Assembly (NCBI GenBank): GCA_963677595.1 | Contig: OY782041.1 | Location: forward strand, 1,056,001 to 1,120,000 | Direction: 5' to 3' | Length of the DNA: 64,000 nt | Source of the DNA: Spirochaetia bacterium | GTDB lineage: Bacteria > Spirochaetota > Spirochaetia > CAKZLE01 | In this document: positions 63,860 to 64,000 of the stretch, piece after piece | Layout of the letters: the number at the start of each line of letters is the position of its first letter | How positions within the stretch are numbered: position 1 is the first letter of the stretch | Program-made: the position numbers and the translations under genes | The notes under the pieces: model-generated | What the model saw: the letters and a program-made list of their open reading frames with translations, nothing else | What the model was told of the DNA's origin: nothing | Databases searched by the model: none

Positions 63860-64000
63860 TTCCTCCATTTTTTTAGATACTTCTTTTTTTACCGATGTTC
63901 TCGTACGGATACCGATGAGCACCAGCCGGCGAAGTATCCACCCTTTTTTTCCGGATAGGTGATCAACGATCAGGTTGTATCCGGCTCTATAATCTATCAT

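Noticed and set aside
1-64000. Numerous long antisense/overlapping ORFs in the track (e.g. 10..654, 1115..2005, 30301..31236, 59319..60218)
   Set aside because: They overlap well-supported genes on the opposite strand and are expected shadows of GC3-biased codon usage.

Overview
64-kb bacterial chromosomal segment, moderately GC-rich. Gene content and codon style suggest an anaerobe, plausibly a Sphaerochaetaceae-type spirochaete (inference only). I saw no rRNA, tRNA, CRISPR-Cas, phage or classical IS transposase. The backbone genes are a sigma54-controlled four-carbon acid-sugar operon (frameshifted DUF1537 kinase, Fe-ADH, pdxA), amino-acid exporters with regulators, amtB-PII, csoR-copA, two GGDEF proteins, a large secreted GH114-like protein with a BNR lipoprotein, and a sugar locus (ABC transporter, PflD-like glycyl radical enzyme with activase, divergent ROK-like kinase, lactonase, SDR). 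Many AT-richer accessory genes are scattered through this backbone: five intact AAA_14/DUF4143-type ATPase-nuclease paralogs plus one remnant, two Fic genes, an AlbA_2/Schlafen-type protein, YefM-YoeB, AbiE and an Rpn nuclease. The most striking pattern is that every intact ATPase paralog has its own phased repeat array upstream (23-bp period for the four G(P/A)KWCGKT paralogs, 33-bp period palindromes for the fifth), and one ATPase is bracketed by two ~91%-identical 75-bp copies of its array, like a cassette. Other highlights are the GRE/kinase/ABC locus and a 114-nt four-hairpin element inserted in frame into the Rpn gene. Many start codons were refined by eye from the ORF track.
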